Shown: piece by piece, positions 31,033-32,000 of the stretch
Layout of the letters: the number at the start of each line of letters is the position of its first letter
Position numbering within the stretch: the first letter of the stretch is position 1
Origin: Candidatus Helarchaeota ASGARD archaeon Hel_GB_B
Lineage (GTDB): Archaea > Asgardarchaeota > Lokiarchaeia > Helarchaeales > HEL-GB-B
DNA: 32,000 bases
Assembly: GCA_005191425.1 (NCBI GenBank)
Contig: SUPR01000033.1
Location: 1 to 32,000, forward strand
Direction of reading: 5' to 3'
Notes under the pieces: model-generated
The model's input: only the letters and a program-made list of their open reading frames with translations
What the model was told of the DNA's origin: nothing
Databases searched by the model: none
Translations under genes and position numbers: made by a program

Positions 31033-31298
31033 AAATGAGGGAATACACTTGACAGATACCACACTAATGTTCCGTATTGGATAGCGCCCTTACATGAGAT
31101 GGATGTGTCATCCGACGATGAATGAGGTTTAATTGTCTCACATTAAACCTGAAAATTAAGTCAACCCCTTTATGGTACAGTGTGGTATATGGGTATTGGT
31201 AATATGCCATCCACGAGAGGAACTTTAGCGATTTTGGATATTTCCGTAAATGAGCTATTGAGTTAGTGTTTGATGGCAACAACCAATTACCCTCTTTT
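31033..31298. ncRNA. candidate structured RNA of unknown class (strand undetermined)
   Basis: Nested complementarities in a locally GC-raised intergenic region: 31033-31041/31290-31298, 31045-31049/31265-31269, 31056-31064/31180-31188 (9 bp), 31101-31105/31109-31113, 31125-31133/31142-31150 (9 bp), 31189-31192/31207-31210, 31226-31229/31254-31257. Confidence 0.45.
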
Positions 31299-32000
31299 CA
31301 GTATACATTAATGTCGAGACAGACATGAAAAGTATGTGGTTTATAGGACTTGATTTTTTCTAAATGTGCCAATTCGATTGTGCGATTATTTTTAACAGCA
31401 ACATTTTCAACATCAGATAATAATGTTTCAGGAGAGTTATTATCGAGTAAAATACCTTCATAATGAATAACACATGGGCCTTTTTTTAATACTTTAAAAG
31501 CAGTATCTAAGCTGGATTTAGGACTAGGTAAAATTCCCATAATGATTCTATCGGCGTGTTCGGGAATTTCTAGTGCTTTAATTCTGCAGTCGCCAAAAAT
31601 GGGTATTACTTTGTCCTTAGGAATTTTATTTAGTTTTAAATTTTCGATTAAATATTTATAAGAAGTTGGGTTTATCTCAAAAGCGTATATTCTCGATGCT
31701 TTTGAAAATTTCGCGATACCTAAAGTAAAGTACCCAATGCCAGCATAGAAATCAAAAATTATTTCTCTATTTTTTATCAATGGAATGTATCTACGTCTTT
31801 CATTTATATTTCCTTTAGCAAACATAATTTTCAATACATCGAACTTGTATTTAATGCCATTTTCAATTACAATAGTTTCTGTATCGCTACCTGCTAGCAA
31901 TTCCAATTGAGGTTCCCGGAATTCGCCATAAATAGCTCCTTTTTTTAAACATACAGTACTGCAATTTTTAACAATTTTTAAAATTGCTTCTGCAATGATT
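31298..32000 (-). CDS. TYW2/Trm5-like SAM-dependent enzyme (tRNA wybutosine pathway), 5' end beyond the window
   Basis: Frame stays open past the track start: IIAEAILKIVKNCSTVCLKKGAIYGEFREPQLELLAG...ENGIKYKFDVLKIMFAKGNINERRRY...DFYAGIGYFTLGIAKF...ADRIIMGILPS...VIHYEGI. Confidence 0.85.
   Translation of the reverse strand, partial: IIAEAILKIVKNCSTVCLKKGAIYGEFREPQLELLAGSDTETIVIENGIKYKFDVLKIMFAKGNINERRRYIPLIKNREIIFDFYAGIGYFTLGIAKFSKASRIYAFEINPTSYKYLIENLKLNKIPKDKVIPIFGDCRIKALEIPEHADRIIMGILPSPKSSLDTAFKVLKKGPCVIHYEGILLDNNSPETLLSDVENVAVKNNRTIELAHLEKIKSYKPHTFHVCLDINVY

Noticed and set aside
31064-31282. 72-aa minus-strand ORF (MLPSNTNSIAHLRK...)
   Set aside because: Composition is unlike its neighbours' proteins and it lies fully inside the multi-helix candidate RNA; open frame likely incidental.
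1-32000. CRISPR array, transposase or defence cassette
   Set aside because: No regularly spaced direct repeats, no transposase or Cas motifs, and no recognised defence genes among the ORFs. The only mobile-type elements supported are the two inteins.

Overview
The window is core-genome-like and AT-rich. It is archaeal by content, and the gene set (unsplit RNA polymerase subunit A, Rpb8/RpoG, an Lsm protein, a CDIN1/C15orf41-like nuclease, a RING/PHD-like zinc protein) fits an Asgard/Lokiarchaeota-like genome; this lineage call is inference. Main content: PheA (chorismate mutase-prephenate dehydratase), uS12, a CCG-domain Fe-S protein, an MBL-fold exonuclease-like protein convergent with an ATP-dependent DNA ligase, a PfkB kinase, NusA-like, eL30, a 2311-aa RNA polymerase A'+A'' polypeptide carrying two inteins, a RING/PHD-like zinc protein, nicotinate phosphoribosyltransferase, TgtA, Lsm, Rpb8, thermosome, PheS, PheT, a CDIN1-like nuclease, nicotinamidase and a TYW2-like enzyme running off the right edge. 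The strongest observations are: (1) two inteins at the two catalytic elements of RNAP (the DFDGD loop and the trigger loop), both with eroded LAGLIDADG motifs; (2) a tRNA-Glu(CTC) gene, absent from the ORF track, that only folds if two non-canonical introns (D-arm and T-loop) are removed; (3) a GC-elevated, multi-helix candidate structured RNA at about 31033-31298; (4) the archaeal CDIN1-like nuclease behind pheST. No CRISPR array, transposon or defence island was recognised.
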